Source: an uncultured Candidatus Saccharibacteria bacterium
GTDB lineage: Bacteria > Patescibacteriota > Minisyncoccia > Phycocordibacterales > UBA5272
Assembly (NCBI GenBank): GCA_964406165.1
Contig: CAYOQQ010000004.1
Location: 1-56,848 of the forward strand
DNA: 56,848 nucleotides
Reading direction: 5' to 3'
Made by a program: the position numbers and the translations under genes. How positions within the stretch are numbered: the first letter of the stretch is position 1; each line of letters starts with the position of its first letter. Positions 48,140 to 56,694 of this stretch are shown in pieces. The notes beneath the pieces were generated by a model. That model saw only the letters and a program-made list of their open reading frames with translations, was not told where the DNA came from and searched no databases.

Positions 48140-48164
48140 AGGAACGAAGAGTGACGAAGATGTC
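48140..48164. repeat. 25-bp exact inverted copy of 33759-33783
   Basis: aggaacgaagagtgacgaagatgtc is the reverse complement of gacatcttcgtcactcttcgttcct. The adjacent 24 nt form a hairpin in both copies with two compensatory pair changes. Confidence 0.85.
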
Positions 48165-48298
48165 TGAAGCCAACAGGCGTAAGACGGAAATAAATCTAGG
48201 ACACGGGTTTTCAAAGGAGAAAACTAAAAAAAGTAAATAAGTTTTATTAAGTTACGAAATGTGTGTCGTATCGATTCGCTGTACATTTTTATAAAACA

Positions 48299-48327
48299 TT
48301 GACATTTTATAGCATGTTTGCTATAAT
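48299..48327 (+). promoter_or_regulatory. consensus sigma70 promoter of the DEAD-box helicase gene
   Basis: TTGACA (48299-304), 17-nt spacer, TATAAT (48322-27). Confidence 0.75.
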
Positions 48328-48333
48328 GTATCT

Positions 48334-48603
48334 ATTATTTCCTTATGGATATCCATGTGTAGTCAGTACTTTATTTGACGCGTTGTGGCTAACCATACGT
48401 CTATCCTCTAGATAGAAGAGATTTCATCGAAAGAAATCGAGCGCAAATAATTTAACTAAACCAAATTAGGGTTTACAAAAATAGATGAAATACGAGGCGA
48501 AACAAAAGTTTCAAAGAGATGTACGAATAGTACATCGATGAAGAAACTTGCCGTTTTAACGAAGTAGTTCACTATTTTTGGGAAGCCTAAAATAAAATAT
48601 TTT
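48334..48603 (+). promoter_or_regulatory. long (about 270 nt) 5' leader of the helicase gene with a 12-bp palindrome ATGGATATCCAT at 48345-56
   Basis: Inferred from the distance between the consensus promoter and the ATG. Several local hairpins and no ORF. Confidence 0.45.
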
Positions 48604-49938
48604 ATGTATACTATAACAACAGGCGGTTCATCTGATTCACGTTCAGATTCACGCTCACGTTCACCAAGTCCACGCGGACGTTCTTACTCATCCTCACCTC
48701 GCGACGGAGGGTATTCATCACGCGACGGAGGGAGTCGTGGTGGCTATTCTTCACGTGGCGGATACTCACGTGGAGGATCTTCAGCACCGCGAGCTTTTAA
48801 TGCAAAGCGAAGTTTCAAGAAAGACTACATTGATGAAAAGCTTTTCATTAACAAAGAAGCAGGTGTTACAGAAACAGACAACTATGTACCTAAGCACAAG
48901 TTTACTGACTTCAACATCGCAGAACAATTATCGGCTAACTTAACTGCAAAGGGTCTTATTAATCCATCTCCTATTCAGGATCAATCTATACCTGTAGTTC
49001 TTACCGGAAAGGATGTGATTGGTATCGCTTCAACAGGAACAGGTAAGACGGCGGCGTTTCTTATCCCTCTTATTAATAAACTTGTTGCTGATAAAGATCA
49101 TAAGATGATGGTGCTTTGTCCAACTCGTGAACTTGCTCAGCAAGTAGAGGCAGAATTCATCGCGTTTACTCGTGGTATGAAGCTCTTCTCTGTATCATGT
49201 GTAGGTGGTTCACCAATCATGCGACAGATTAAAGAACTCGAGCTTGGTGTTAATGCCGTTATCGGTACACCAGGACGAGTTATGGATCTTATCGAGCGCG
49301 GGAAGATCAAGATGGATTACTTCGACAGTATCGTGCTTGATGAAGCAGACAGAATGCTTGATATGGGGTTCATCGATGACATGCGTTCTATTTTAGGTGC
49401 TATGCCAAAGACAAAGCAGGGGCTTTTCTTCTCTGCGACATTTTCTCCTGAGATCAAGAGACTTTGTACTGATTTCTTGAAAGACCCTATTACTGTTTCT
49501 GTTAAGACACGTGATACAGCGTCATCTGTGATGCAAGATGTTATTCGTGTTAGTGGAGATGCAGATAAGGTAGAAGCACTTCATGAAATTCTTAATAAGC
49601 CAGAATACTCTAAGGTGCTTATTTTTAGAGAAATGAAGCGTCATGTGGATGGTCTTGCTGAAGAGCTCACTAAGCGTGGTTTTAAAGCTCTTGGTCTTCA
49701 TGGTGATATGCATAACCGCGAACGAGAAAGAGCTGTTAAGGCTCTTGAGAGTGGTAAGGTACAAGTTGTGATTGCAACTGATGTTGCAGCACGTGGACTT
49801 GATATCAATGATATCTCACTTGTTATTAACTACGATATTCCAAATAACTACGAGACATATATTCATCGTATCGGACGAACAGGACGTGGGACGAAGCTTG
49901 GGCATGCTCTTACATTCGTACCGGGCCGACGTGGGTAA
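48604..49938 (+). CDS. DEAD-box ATP-dependent RNA helicase with an N-terminal Ser/Arg/Gly-rich low-complexity tail
   Basis: Q motif PSPIQ, motif I ASTGTGKTAAF, the DEAD box, SAT, and HRIGRTGR. The N-terminal 60 aa read SDSRSDSRSRSPSPRGRSY...SRGGYSRGG. Confidence 0.92.
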   Translation: MYTITTGGSSDSRSDSRSRSPSPRGRSYSSSPRDGGYSSRDGGSRGGYSSRGGYSRGGSSAPRAFNAKRSFKKDYIDEKLFINKEAGVTETDNYVPKHKFTDFNIAEQLSANLTAKGLINPSPIQDQSIPVVLTGKDVIGIASTGTGKTAAFLIPLINKLVADKDHKMMVLCPTRELAQQVEAEFIAFTRGMKLFSVSCVGGSPIMRQIKELELGVNAVIGTPGRVMDLIERGKIKMDYFDSIVLDEADRMLDMGFIDDMRSILGAMPKTKQGLFFSATFSPEIKRLCTDFLKDPITVSVKTRDTASSVMQDVIRVSGDADKVEALHEILNKPEYSKVLIFREMKRHVDGLAEELTKRGFKALGLHGDMHNRERERAVKALESGKVQVVIATDVAARGLDINDISLVINYDIPNNYETYIHRIGRTGRGTKLGHALTFVPGRRG

Positions 49939-49982
49939 TAATCAACGCCGTTTACTGAGTAATTTTAGTGAGTAAAATAAAA

Positions 49983-50009
49983 GGGCGAACGCTAGCGGTC
50001 GCCTTTTTG
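49983..50009 (+). terminator. intrinsic terminator
   Basis: gggcgaacgc..gcggtcgcc stem followed by ttttt. Confidence 0.6.
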
Positions 50010-50057
50010 TGTATGTAACCACTACCCCGAGTCACTAATAGTATGTATACTCACTAT

Positions 50058-50612
50058 ATGAATACCAAAATTGCTGTATCTGGTGTGCTGAGCACTTTTC
50101 TTTTGGCATCGACTGTCTTCGCACAAGCAGTAACCAGTGATGACTTTGTCCTTAAGAATACCCAAGGAGAAGTAACTGCTCGACTAACTACTTCAGGCGA
50201 AGGGACCCCGGCACTTTTTTTCTATGATGCGAATAAAAAAGTTCGTATTAGTATCGGTCTGTACAGTGATGGTGTACCTGGGGTAGTCTTAAATGATGAA
50301 AATGAAAAGGCTGGAGCGATTATGCGACTGGTTACTAATCAGGGTAATCCTGTTGTGGTATTAAAAGAAAACGGTCAAGATAAAATTATAATTGATAAAA
50401 ATGGTTTGCCGAAATCAAGTACTACCTCTCAGATAGTCCCACTTGCACTCGCAACACTTTTCGGATTCCTAGGAGGCCTTCTTTCTATGGCTTTTAGTAG
50501 AAAAAAAGAAAATGTAGCTACTCAATTTGTTCAAACTCCTGTAGTGACTCAGCCAGTAATACAGCCTGTAATGCAAGCTCCTAACGTACAACAACCACCT
50601 GCAACAGTATAA
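50058..50612 (+). CDS. secreted hypothetical protein with a C-terminal TM anchor
   Basis: Signal peptide ...LLASTVFAQA, C-terminal TM IVPLALATLFGFLGGLL, and a Q/P/V-rich tail. The start may instead be at 50043. Confidence 0.45.
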   Translation: MNTKIAVSGVLSTFLLASTVFAQAVTSDDFVLKNTQGEVTARLTTSGEGTPALFFYDANKKVRISIGLYSDGVPGVVLNDENEKAGAIMRLVTNQGNPVVVLKENGQDKIIIDKNGLPKSSTTSQIVPLALATLFGFLGGLLSMAFSRKKENVATQFVQTPVVTQPVIQPVMQAPNVQQPPATV

Positions 50613-50723
50613 TTTTGCATTGTGTGCTCCCATACGTTATAGTAGATATATACACTGTAATCAGTTACGAAAGAATGTGTTTTGTTTCTTTAGAAATTAA
50701 AAATGTAAATAAATTGTAACTAT

Positions 50724-51260
50724 ATGTCAAATCTACAAGAAGGAGCTTCTGTGCCAAATGTAACTTTTAAAACTCGTGTTCGTGACGAATCAGTAGAAGG
50801 CTCTAATCCATTCCGCTGGCAAGACCTTACAACAGATGATGTGTTTAAGGGAAAGAATATTGTTATCTTCTCTCTTCCTGGTGCGTATACACCAACTTGT
50901 TCATCAACCCATGTCCCAGGATATGAGGCTGACTATGATGCGTATAAAGAGCTCGGAGTAGACGAAGTGATCTGTCTTTCTGTTAACGATGCATTCGTAA
51001 TGTATAACTGGAAGAAGCACCTTGGTGTTGAAAAAGTATTCATGCTACCGGACGGTAATGCTGACTTTACTCGTGGTATGGGAATGCTTGTTAAGAAAAA
51101 TAACGTAGGATTTGGTGACCGCTCATGGAGATACTCAATGCATGTAGTTGATGGAGTTATCAAGAAGATGTTTATCGAAGAAGGGAAAGCTGATAACTAC
51201 GCAGCTGATCCTTTCGAAGTGTCAGATTCACAAACGATGCTTACTTACCTCAAGGGGTAG
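50724..51260 (+). CDS. peroxiredoxin (Prx5-type, AhpC/TSA superfamily)
   Basis: Motif FSLPGAYTPTCS with the peroxidatic Cys. Confidence 0.85.
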   Translation: MSNLQEGASVPNVTFKTRVRDESVEGSNPFRWQDLTTDDVFKGKNIVIFSLPGAYTPTCSSTHVPGYEADYDAYKELGVDEVICLSVNDAFVMYNWKKHLGVEKVFMLPDGNADFTRGMGMLVKKNNVGFGDRSWRYSMHVVDGVIKKMFIEEGKADNYAADPFEVSDSQTMLTYLKG

Positions 51261-51273
51261 AAGGAGAAGACAA

Positions 51274-51386
51274 TCAGACCGCTACGCTGACAGACACCAG
51301 ACAGCACAATGGAAGATGTAAGGATTTATAGTCTAGTTGTATACATACTGTTTGTTAGTCTGTAGTCTGAAAGCGAAGCGGTCTGA
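51274..51386 (+). promoter_or_regulatory. long imperfect stem-loop in the leader of the DUF305 gene
   Basis: 51274-51302 pairs with 51358-51386 (helices of 10+4+5+5 bp). The 3' arm ends inside the SD (gagg 51385-88). Confidence 0.4.
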
Positions 51387-51396
51387 GGTCTTACCC

Positions 51397-51882
51397 ATGG
51401 TACACTCGTCATATATGAAACCTATCATAAATGTGTTTAAAAACATGCAGGCATTTAGTTTTATTGTCGGTATGTCAGTTGGTGCAGCTGTTGGACTTGT
51501 TCTCTTTTGTTATATGGTTCCTCATGGTCCAAAAGCAATTGCAATGCTACGTCATTACACCGCACATATGCGAGGAGAGCAGAAGATTGCACAAAAGAAT
51601 AGAGACGATTTTCAGTCGCTCTACATGAACCATGGAACCGGAACAATGGCAATGAATCATGATATGGGGACACCGAACCCGTATGTTATGTCTACTGTAA
51701 TGTCTGAGAAGCAGTTTCTTCAGGATATGACATTACACCATGAAGCAGCAATTGTTATGGCAAACCAAGTTCTACTGCTTCCTAATCTGCACCCAGAAGT
51801 AAAGCAACTAGCAGAAGCTATCATTAAAGCTCAAACCACAGAAGTAACCCAAATGAAATTGTGGATGAAAATGTGGAAATAA
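51397..51882 (+). CDS. DUF305-domain protein (membrane anchored)
   Basis: TM anchor, then FLQDMTLHHEAAIVMA and ...AIIKAQTTEVTQM, typical of DUF305. The start was chosen after the SD gagg. Confidence 0.65.
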   Translation: MVHSSYMKPIINVFKNMQAFSFIVGMSVGAAVGLVLFCYMVPHGPKAIAMLRHYTAHMRGEQKIAQKNRDDFQSLYMNHGTGTMAMNHDMGTPNPYVMSTVMSEKQFLQDMTLHHEAAIVMANQVLLLPNLHPEVKQLAEAIIKAQTTEVTQMKLWMKMWK

Positions 51883-51929
51883 AATGAATAACGAGTCTTA
51901 TCTAACTATTAATCATTAACTATACAATT

Positions 51930-52442
51930 ATGTTTAACCTCACAATTACAACCTATTCTAAGAATCTTGGTAACCTAAAAGCTATTCTTGAAAAAGCAAA
52001 AGCTTGGCAGACTGCTCAGAAAATTAACGATGAGACAATTATGAATGCACGCCTTGCACTTGATCAGTTCAACCTTGCTTCTCAAGTTCGCTCAACAACT
52101 AACTTCGCTAAGAACACTGCAGCTGCACTCTGTGCAGTAGAAGCTCCTGTTTTTGAAGACAATGAAAAAACTCTTTCAGATCTTCAAGCCAGAATCGATA
52201 AGGTGATTGCTTTCCTAGGCACTCTTACACCTGACATGGTTAAAGATGATCTTGAGACAAGAATTATTCCTCTTGCATGGATGCCAGGGAAGGGGCTTAC
52301 TGCAAAGTACTTTGTTGAAGAGTATGCACTTATGAATTTTTATTTCCACTACACAACTGCATATTCAATCCTACGTCACTACGGGCTAGCAATTGGTAAG
52401 ATGGATTATATGACAGGTGTTGATCTAAGAGATGTAGCGTAA
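51930..52442 (+). CDS. DUF1993-family protein
   Basis: 170-aa four-helix-bundle-like protein. The N-terminus (...LGNLKAILEKAKAW) and C-terminus (FHYTTAYSILRHYG) resemble DUF1993. Confidence 0.55.
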   Translation: MFNLTITTYSKNLGNLKAILEKAKAWQTAQKINDETIMNARLALDQFNLASQVRSTTNFAKNTAAALCAVEAPVFEDNEKTLSDLQARIDKVIAFLGTLTPDMVKDDLETRIIPLAWMPGKGLTAKYFVEEYALMNFYFHYTTAYSILRHYGLAIGKMDYMTGVDLRDVA

Positions 52443-52444
52443 CT

Positions 52445-53167
52445 ATGAAAGACGCTATTAGTATTAAGGGTCTTAAGAAGACATATGACGGAGGTAAACA
52501 AGCTCTCAAGGGAGTAGATTTTACTGTTCCTGATGGAGATTTTTTCGCTCTCCTTGGTCCTAATGGTGCCGGGAAGAGTACACTCATTGGTATCTCGTGT
52601 GGGCTTGTTAATAAGACATCAGGTTCAGTTGCTATCCAAGGATACGATATTGATACAGATGGTGATACTGCAAAGGTTCATGTGGGGCTGGTGCCACAAG
52701 AATTTAATTTCAGCATCTTCGAAACAGTTGAAGATATTCTCTTCACACAAGCTGGCTACTACGGTATTTCACGACGTGAAGTTGCACCACAGATTGATAT
52801 GCTCCTTAAGAAGCTTGGTCTAGAAGAGAAACGTAAAGTAAAATCAATGACACTCTCTGGTGGGATGAAAAGACGTCTCATGATTGCTCGTGCTCTTGTG
52901 CATAAACCTACGTTACTTTTCCTTGATGAGCCAACTGCAGGAGTTGATGTTGAACTTAGACTTGAAATGTATGAATTCTTACGTGAATTAAATAAAAGTG
53001 GTGTAACGATAATTCTTACAACCCATTATCTCGAAGAGGCTGAAAAGTTATGTAAGCACATTGCAATTATGAGTAATGGAGAAGTTAAAAAAACAGGGAC
53101 ACTCGAAAGTGTGATGGACGGTCGACCACTTGAAGAAGTGTACTTAGAAGCAACTAGTAACAAATAG
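52445..53167 (+). CDS. ABC transporter ATP-binding protein (ABC-2 exporter type)
   Basis: Walker A GPNGAGKST, signature LSGGMKRR, Walker B LLFLDEPTAG. Confidence 0.9.
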   Translation: MKDAISIKGLKKTYDGGKQALKGVDFTVPDGDFFALLGPNGAGKSTLIGISCGLVNKTSGSVAIQGYDIDTDGDTAKVHVGLVPQEFNFSIFETVEDILFTQAGYYGISRREVAPQIDMLLKKLGLEEKRKVKSMTLSGGMKRRLMIARALVHKPTLLFLDEPTAGVDVELRLEMYEFLRELNKSGVTIILTTHYLEEAEKLCKHIAIMSNGEVKKTGTLESVMDGRPLEEVYLEATSNK

Positions 53168-53169
53168 CT

Positions 53170-53943
53170 ATGAATAGTAAACAACTTTTTACCGCGTATA
53201 TGACCATTGTTCGTAAAGAAGTGATTCGCTTCTTGCGTATTTGGCCACAGACATTCTTACCATCTGTGATGACCACAGTGCTCTACTTTCTCATTTTTGG
53301 AAAGTTTATTGGCTCACAGATAAGTGACATAGGTGGGGTGTCATATATGGCGTTTATTGTGCCCGGGCTTGTGATGATGGCTATACTAAATGGATCCTTT
53401 CAGAACATCGCTTTTTCGTTCTTCCAGCTTAAATTCATGAAGACGGTAGAAGAAATTCTTGTTTCCCCAATGCCAGCATGGGCGGTTGTGAGTGGGTATG
53501 TCACAGGGTCACTTCTTCGTGGACTTGTGATTGGCCTCCTTGTCTTTTCTTCTGCATACATCTTCGAAGTGATACCTGTTGCGCATCCATTCTTGGCACT
53601 ACTTATCGCAAGTATGACTGCGATACTATTCTCTCTTGTTGGGCTTGTTAATGCTATTTATGCAAAAGGGTTCGATGGTATCAATATCATTCCGACCTTT
53701 GTGATTATGCCACTTACATACCTGGGTGGAGTGTTTTACTCACTCTCACTACTTCCTCCAATCTGGCAAACAATTTCACACTTCAATCCTGTGCTCTACA
53801 TGGTGAGTGCATTTCGTTATAGCATCTTAGGATTTTCTGATATTGCTTTCGGTACTTCAATGCTCGCACTCTTTGGATTCACAGCGGTTATGTTTATGTG
53901 GGTACTGTATCTCTTCAAAACTGGACGAGGACTTAAAGCGTAG
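53170..53943 (+). CDS. ABC-2 type transporter permease
   Basis: 257 aa, 6 TM, directly downstream of the ATPase. Confidence 0.8.
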   Translation: MNSKQLFTAYMTIVRKEVIRFLRIWPQTFLPSVMTTVLYFLIFGKFIGSQISDIGGVSYMAFIVPGLVMMAILNGSFQNIAFSFFQLKFMKTVEEILVSPMPAWAVVSGYVTGSLLRGLVIGLLVFSSAYIFEVIPVAHPFLALLIASMTAILFSLVGLVNAIYAKGFDGINIIPTFVIMPLTYLGGVFYSLSLLPPIWQTISHFNPVLYMVSAFRYSILGFSDIAFGTSMLALFGFTAVMFMWVLYLFKTGRGLKA

Positions 53944-53974
53944 ACTTTCTGCTAGCTACTCAATTATGATATTG

Positions 53975-54006
53975 AAAATCCGCGACAGTGTCGCGGGTTT
54001 TCTTTT
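53975..54006. terminator. bidirectional terminator
   Basis: aaaatccgcgac-agt-gtcgcgggtttt. Confidence 0.7.
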
Positions 54007-54577
54007 AACTTCTTTTAACTTTTGCGATGAATTTTGCAAGATGTCTATCGCGCTTCTCACCTTTCCATTTATCTAAGTTCCCACACACTTGTATATCAAC
54101 TAAATCAATACCACAGAACCCAAAGACACACGTCTCCCAAAATGTTCGAAGTGGCATAATAAACGGAAGATGGTAGTACCATGATGGCCCACCACAGGTT
54201 GCGAAGACCTTTGCACTTCGACCTTGAAGAAGCTTGAGCACTTTTCCTTCCGGTGTATATTTATAAGCAATACCAGGCCAGATAGTAAGGTCAACCCAGT
54301 TCTTTAAAATAGCAGGAGCAGCACTCCACCACACAGGGTGCACAATGACAACTTCGTGTGCCCAGACGATTTGTTCTTGGAACTTCATCTGTACTTTTGA
54401 TTTTTTAAACTCGCGGATATTCTCAAATGCGAAGTTGTCTACTTTATACTCCTTTGTGTACAGATCTACAATTTCTACAACGTGCCCCTTAGCACGTTTA
54501 ACATCTGCATAGGTGCTTGCAATAGTGTGTGTATCACCTGCATGAGATGGGTGTGCGGTGATGATGAGAATGTTCAT
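54005..54577 (-). CDS. flavodoxin-like-fold NAD(P)H (quinone) oxidoreductase (Flavodoxin_2 family)
   Basis: The N-terminus MNILIITAHPS and the overall pattern match NAD(P)H dehydrogenase (quinone)/KefF-like proteins. Confidence 0.7.
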   Translation of the reverse strand: MNILIITAHPSHAGDTHTIASTYADVKRAKGHVVEIVDLYTKEYKVDNFAFENIREFKKSKVQMKFQEQIVWAHEVVIVHPVWWSAAPAILKNWVDLTIWPGIAYKYTPEGKVLKLLQGRSAKVFATCGGPSWYYHLPFIMPLRTFWETCVFGFCGIDLVDIQVCGNLDKWKGEKRDRHLAKFIAKVKRS

Positions 54578-54669
54578 GTAGACAGTATATAGTTAATGAT
54601 TGATAGTTGGTTGGGGATATCATTCATTTTGTTTTGGTTGTCGATTGTCCTCTGTTAAACTAGTTAGTA

Positions 54670-55275
54670 ATGAAACAACACATTTTTGTAATCCATGGTG
54701 GGACAGCATTTGAAACATACGATGAATATATTTCTTTTCTTCGTAAGAGGGAGGTGAGTCTTGAAGGCTTACAAGGTAAGGATTGGAAAACGAATCTACA
54801 AGATGCATTAGGTGGTGAATATGAAGTGTATTTACCAAAGATGCCAAACTCTCAGAATGCAGTCTACAAAGAATGGTGTCTGTGGTTCGAAAAGTTTCTA
54901 CCACTTCTAAATGATGGAGTGATATTTGTTGGTCACTCATTAGGTGCGGTTTTCTTGGCGAAGTATCTTAGTGAACATGATGTGTCGAGAAAAATAAAAG
55001 CAACACTTCTTATTGCTCCACCATTTGGAAGAGATTTAGGTGAACCACTTCCGCAGTTTTCGATAACTGAACCACTCACAAAGTTCAGTGAACAGGGAGG
55101 AAGGATTGTTATATTCCACAGTAAGGATGACCCAGTTGTTGATTTCGCTGAGCTTGCACATTATCAAGAACAGTTGCCAGAAGCGATAATAAAAATTTTC
55201 GAAGACAGGGGGCACTTTAATATGGAAGATTTTCCGGAGATTGTAGGAGAGATTAAACAAATCAGCTCATGGTAA
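54670..55275 (+). CDS. alpha/beta hydrolase, YdeN/RBBP9-like serine hydrolase
   Basis: Nucleophile elbow GHSLGA. The size (201 aa) and the IHG...LLIAPP pattern also fit. Confidence 0.65.
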   Translation: MKQHIFVIHGGTAFETYDEYISFLRKREVSLEGLQGKDWKTNLQDALGGEYEVYLPKMPNSQNAVYKEWCLWFEKFLPLLNDGVIFVGHSLGAVFLAKYLSEHDVSRKIKATLLIAPPFGRDLGEPLPQFSITEPLTKFSEQGGRIVIFHSKDDPVVDFAELAHYQEQLPEAIIKIFEDRGHFNMEDFPEIVGEIKQISSW

Positions 55276-55379
55276 AGGGTTAGAATGTCAAGGGAACACC
55301 AGAAAAGTGATGCTTTTCGGTTGTTTTTTCTTGTTTTTCTTTTATCCACTTGCCAATTATGGACTTTTATAGTACCTCA

Positions 55380-55388
55380 TGGTATAAT
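55380..55388 (+). promoter_or_regulatory. extended -10 element TGGTATAAT upstream of rpoB
   Basis: TGnTATAAT lies about 240 nt upstream of the rpoB ATG. Confidence 0.45.
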
Positions 55389-55439
55389 CCATCCACTATT
55401 GACCACTGATTTAGTTACGAATGAGGCAATAAAGAGATA

Positions 55440-55528
55440 AAAAACAAACAAATTTGACGAATTTCCGAATCAGCAGATTCGCGGCTTGGCCGTAAATCAT
55501 TTGGCTTCATTCAAATTAGTTTGTTTTT
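55440..55528 (+). promoter_or_regulatory. structured element in the rpoB leader
   Basis: aaaaacaaac-a-aatttga (55440-57) pairs with tcaaatt-a-gtttgttttt (55511-28): 17 bp with one mismatch, enclosing 53 nt that contain further hairpins. Confidence 0.45.
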
Positions 55529-55626
55529 GCAAACAGTGAGTAGTTCTGCATCCTTTATTAGTAGGGTTTTACATTTAATAAGAAAGCCAAAACAAGCAAG
55601 GGCCTGTTTTGGCGACATTTGTCGTT

Positions 55627-56694
55627 ATGCCAAAAACAACCACGTCTTCAAATGCGCGTCCGCAAAAAACTTTTGCGAAGTACCGTACACCTCTTACTAA
55701 GCTACCTAACCTCGTCGAAAATCAGATTCTTTCATACAAAGACCTTACCGAAAAAGGTATCGTCGAAATCTTCCGAGAATTCTCACCACTTCGTGATTAT
55801 TCTGAGAAGAAGTTTGATCTTGAATTCATTTCATTTGAACTTTCACCAGCAAAGTACGATGAAGTGTATGCAAAGGAAAACAAACTAACCTACGAAGCTC
55901 CTCTCCGAGCTCGCGTAAAGCTTTCAAATAAAATTCTTAATACCGTAAAGGAACAAGAAATCTTCATGGCTGACTTCCCATTAATGACTGTTCACGGAAC
56001 ATTCATTATTAACGGAGTTGAACGTGTGGTTGTTCCTCAGCTTGCCCGATCATTCGGTGTTTTCTTCGATTCTGAAGAAACAAAAGGCAAGCGATACTTC
56101 GGCGCTAAGATCATCCCTTCACGTGGTGTGTGGATTGAGCTTGGAACTGAACCAGATGGTGGAGTATATGTTCGTGTTGATAAGAAGCGTAAGTTCTCAG
56201 CTATTGCACTTCTTAGAATCTTCGGATTCACAAGTGATGATGCTATTAAGGCAGCATTTAAGGATCATGAAATTGCAGGTCCACTTATGGCAACTCTCGT
56301 TGACCGTGATGAAGTAAAGACTCTTCATGATGCGTATATCGAAATCTACAAGCGTCTTCGTGATGGTGATCTCGCTACTCCAGAAAACGCTAAGGAATAT
56401 ATTGATTCAATTATTTCTCCAGAGCGTTATGACCTTTCTCCTGTTGGACGTTTCCGTTTCAACAAGCGATTCGGTAAGAGTATTGACCAAAAGGATAAGG
56501 AGGCGCAGCGTCGAACTCTTTCTAAGGAAGATATGGTGGATATCATTACTCATATTATTGAGCTTAACCATAACCCTAATGCAGTTGAAGACGATATTGA
56601 CCACCTCGGAAGCCGTCGTGTTCGTTACGTAGGTGAAATGATGGCACAAAAGATCCGTACAGGTATGATGCAGATGAAGCGTAATTCAGGATAA
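55627..56694 (+). CDS. rpoB: DNA-directed RNA polymerase beta subunit, N-terminal part (frame ends at a premature TAA)
   Basis: Motifs LPNLVENQILSY, FIINGVERVVV and HLGSRRVRYVGE. The stop at 56692-94 falls in the middle of a conserved region. Confidence 0.9.
   Translation: MPKTTTSSNARPQKTFAKYRTPLTKLPNLVENQILSYKDLTEKGIVEIFREFSPLRDYSEKKFDLEFISFELSPAKYDEVYAKENKLTYEAPLRARVKLSNKILNTVKEQEIFMADFPLMTVHGTFIINGVERVVVPQLARSFGVFFDSEETKGKRYFGAKIIPSRGVWIELGTEPDGGVYVRVDKKRKFSAIALLRIFGFTSDDAIKAAFKDHEIAGPLMATLVDRDEVKTLHDAYIEIYKRLRDGDLATPENAKEYIDSIISPERYDLSPVGRFRFNKRFGKSIDQKDKEAQRRTLSKEDMVDIITHIIELNHNPNAVEDDIDHLGSRRVRYVGEMMAQKIRTGMMQMKRNSG

Noticed and set aside
47934-48173. 79-aa minus-strand ORF downstream of the ParB-like gene
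   Set aside because: It spans three terminator hairpins and the 25-bp repeat, and it has no SD or recognisable sequence. It is probably spurious.
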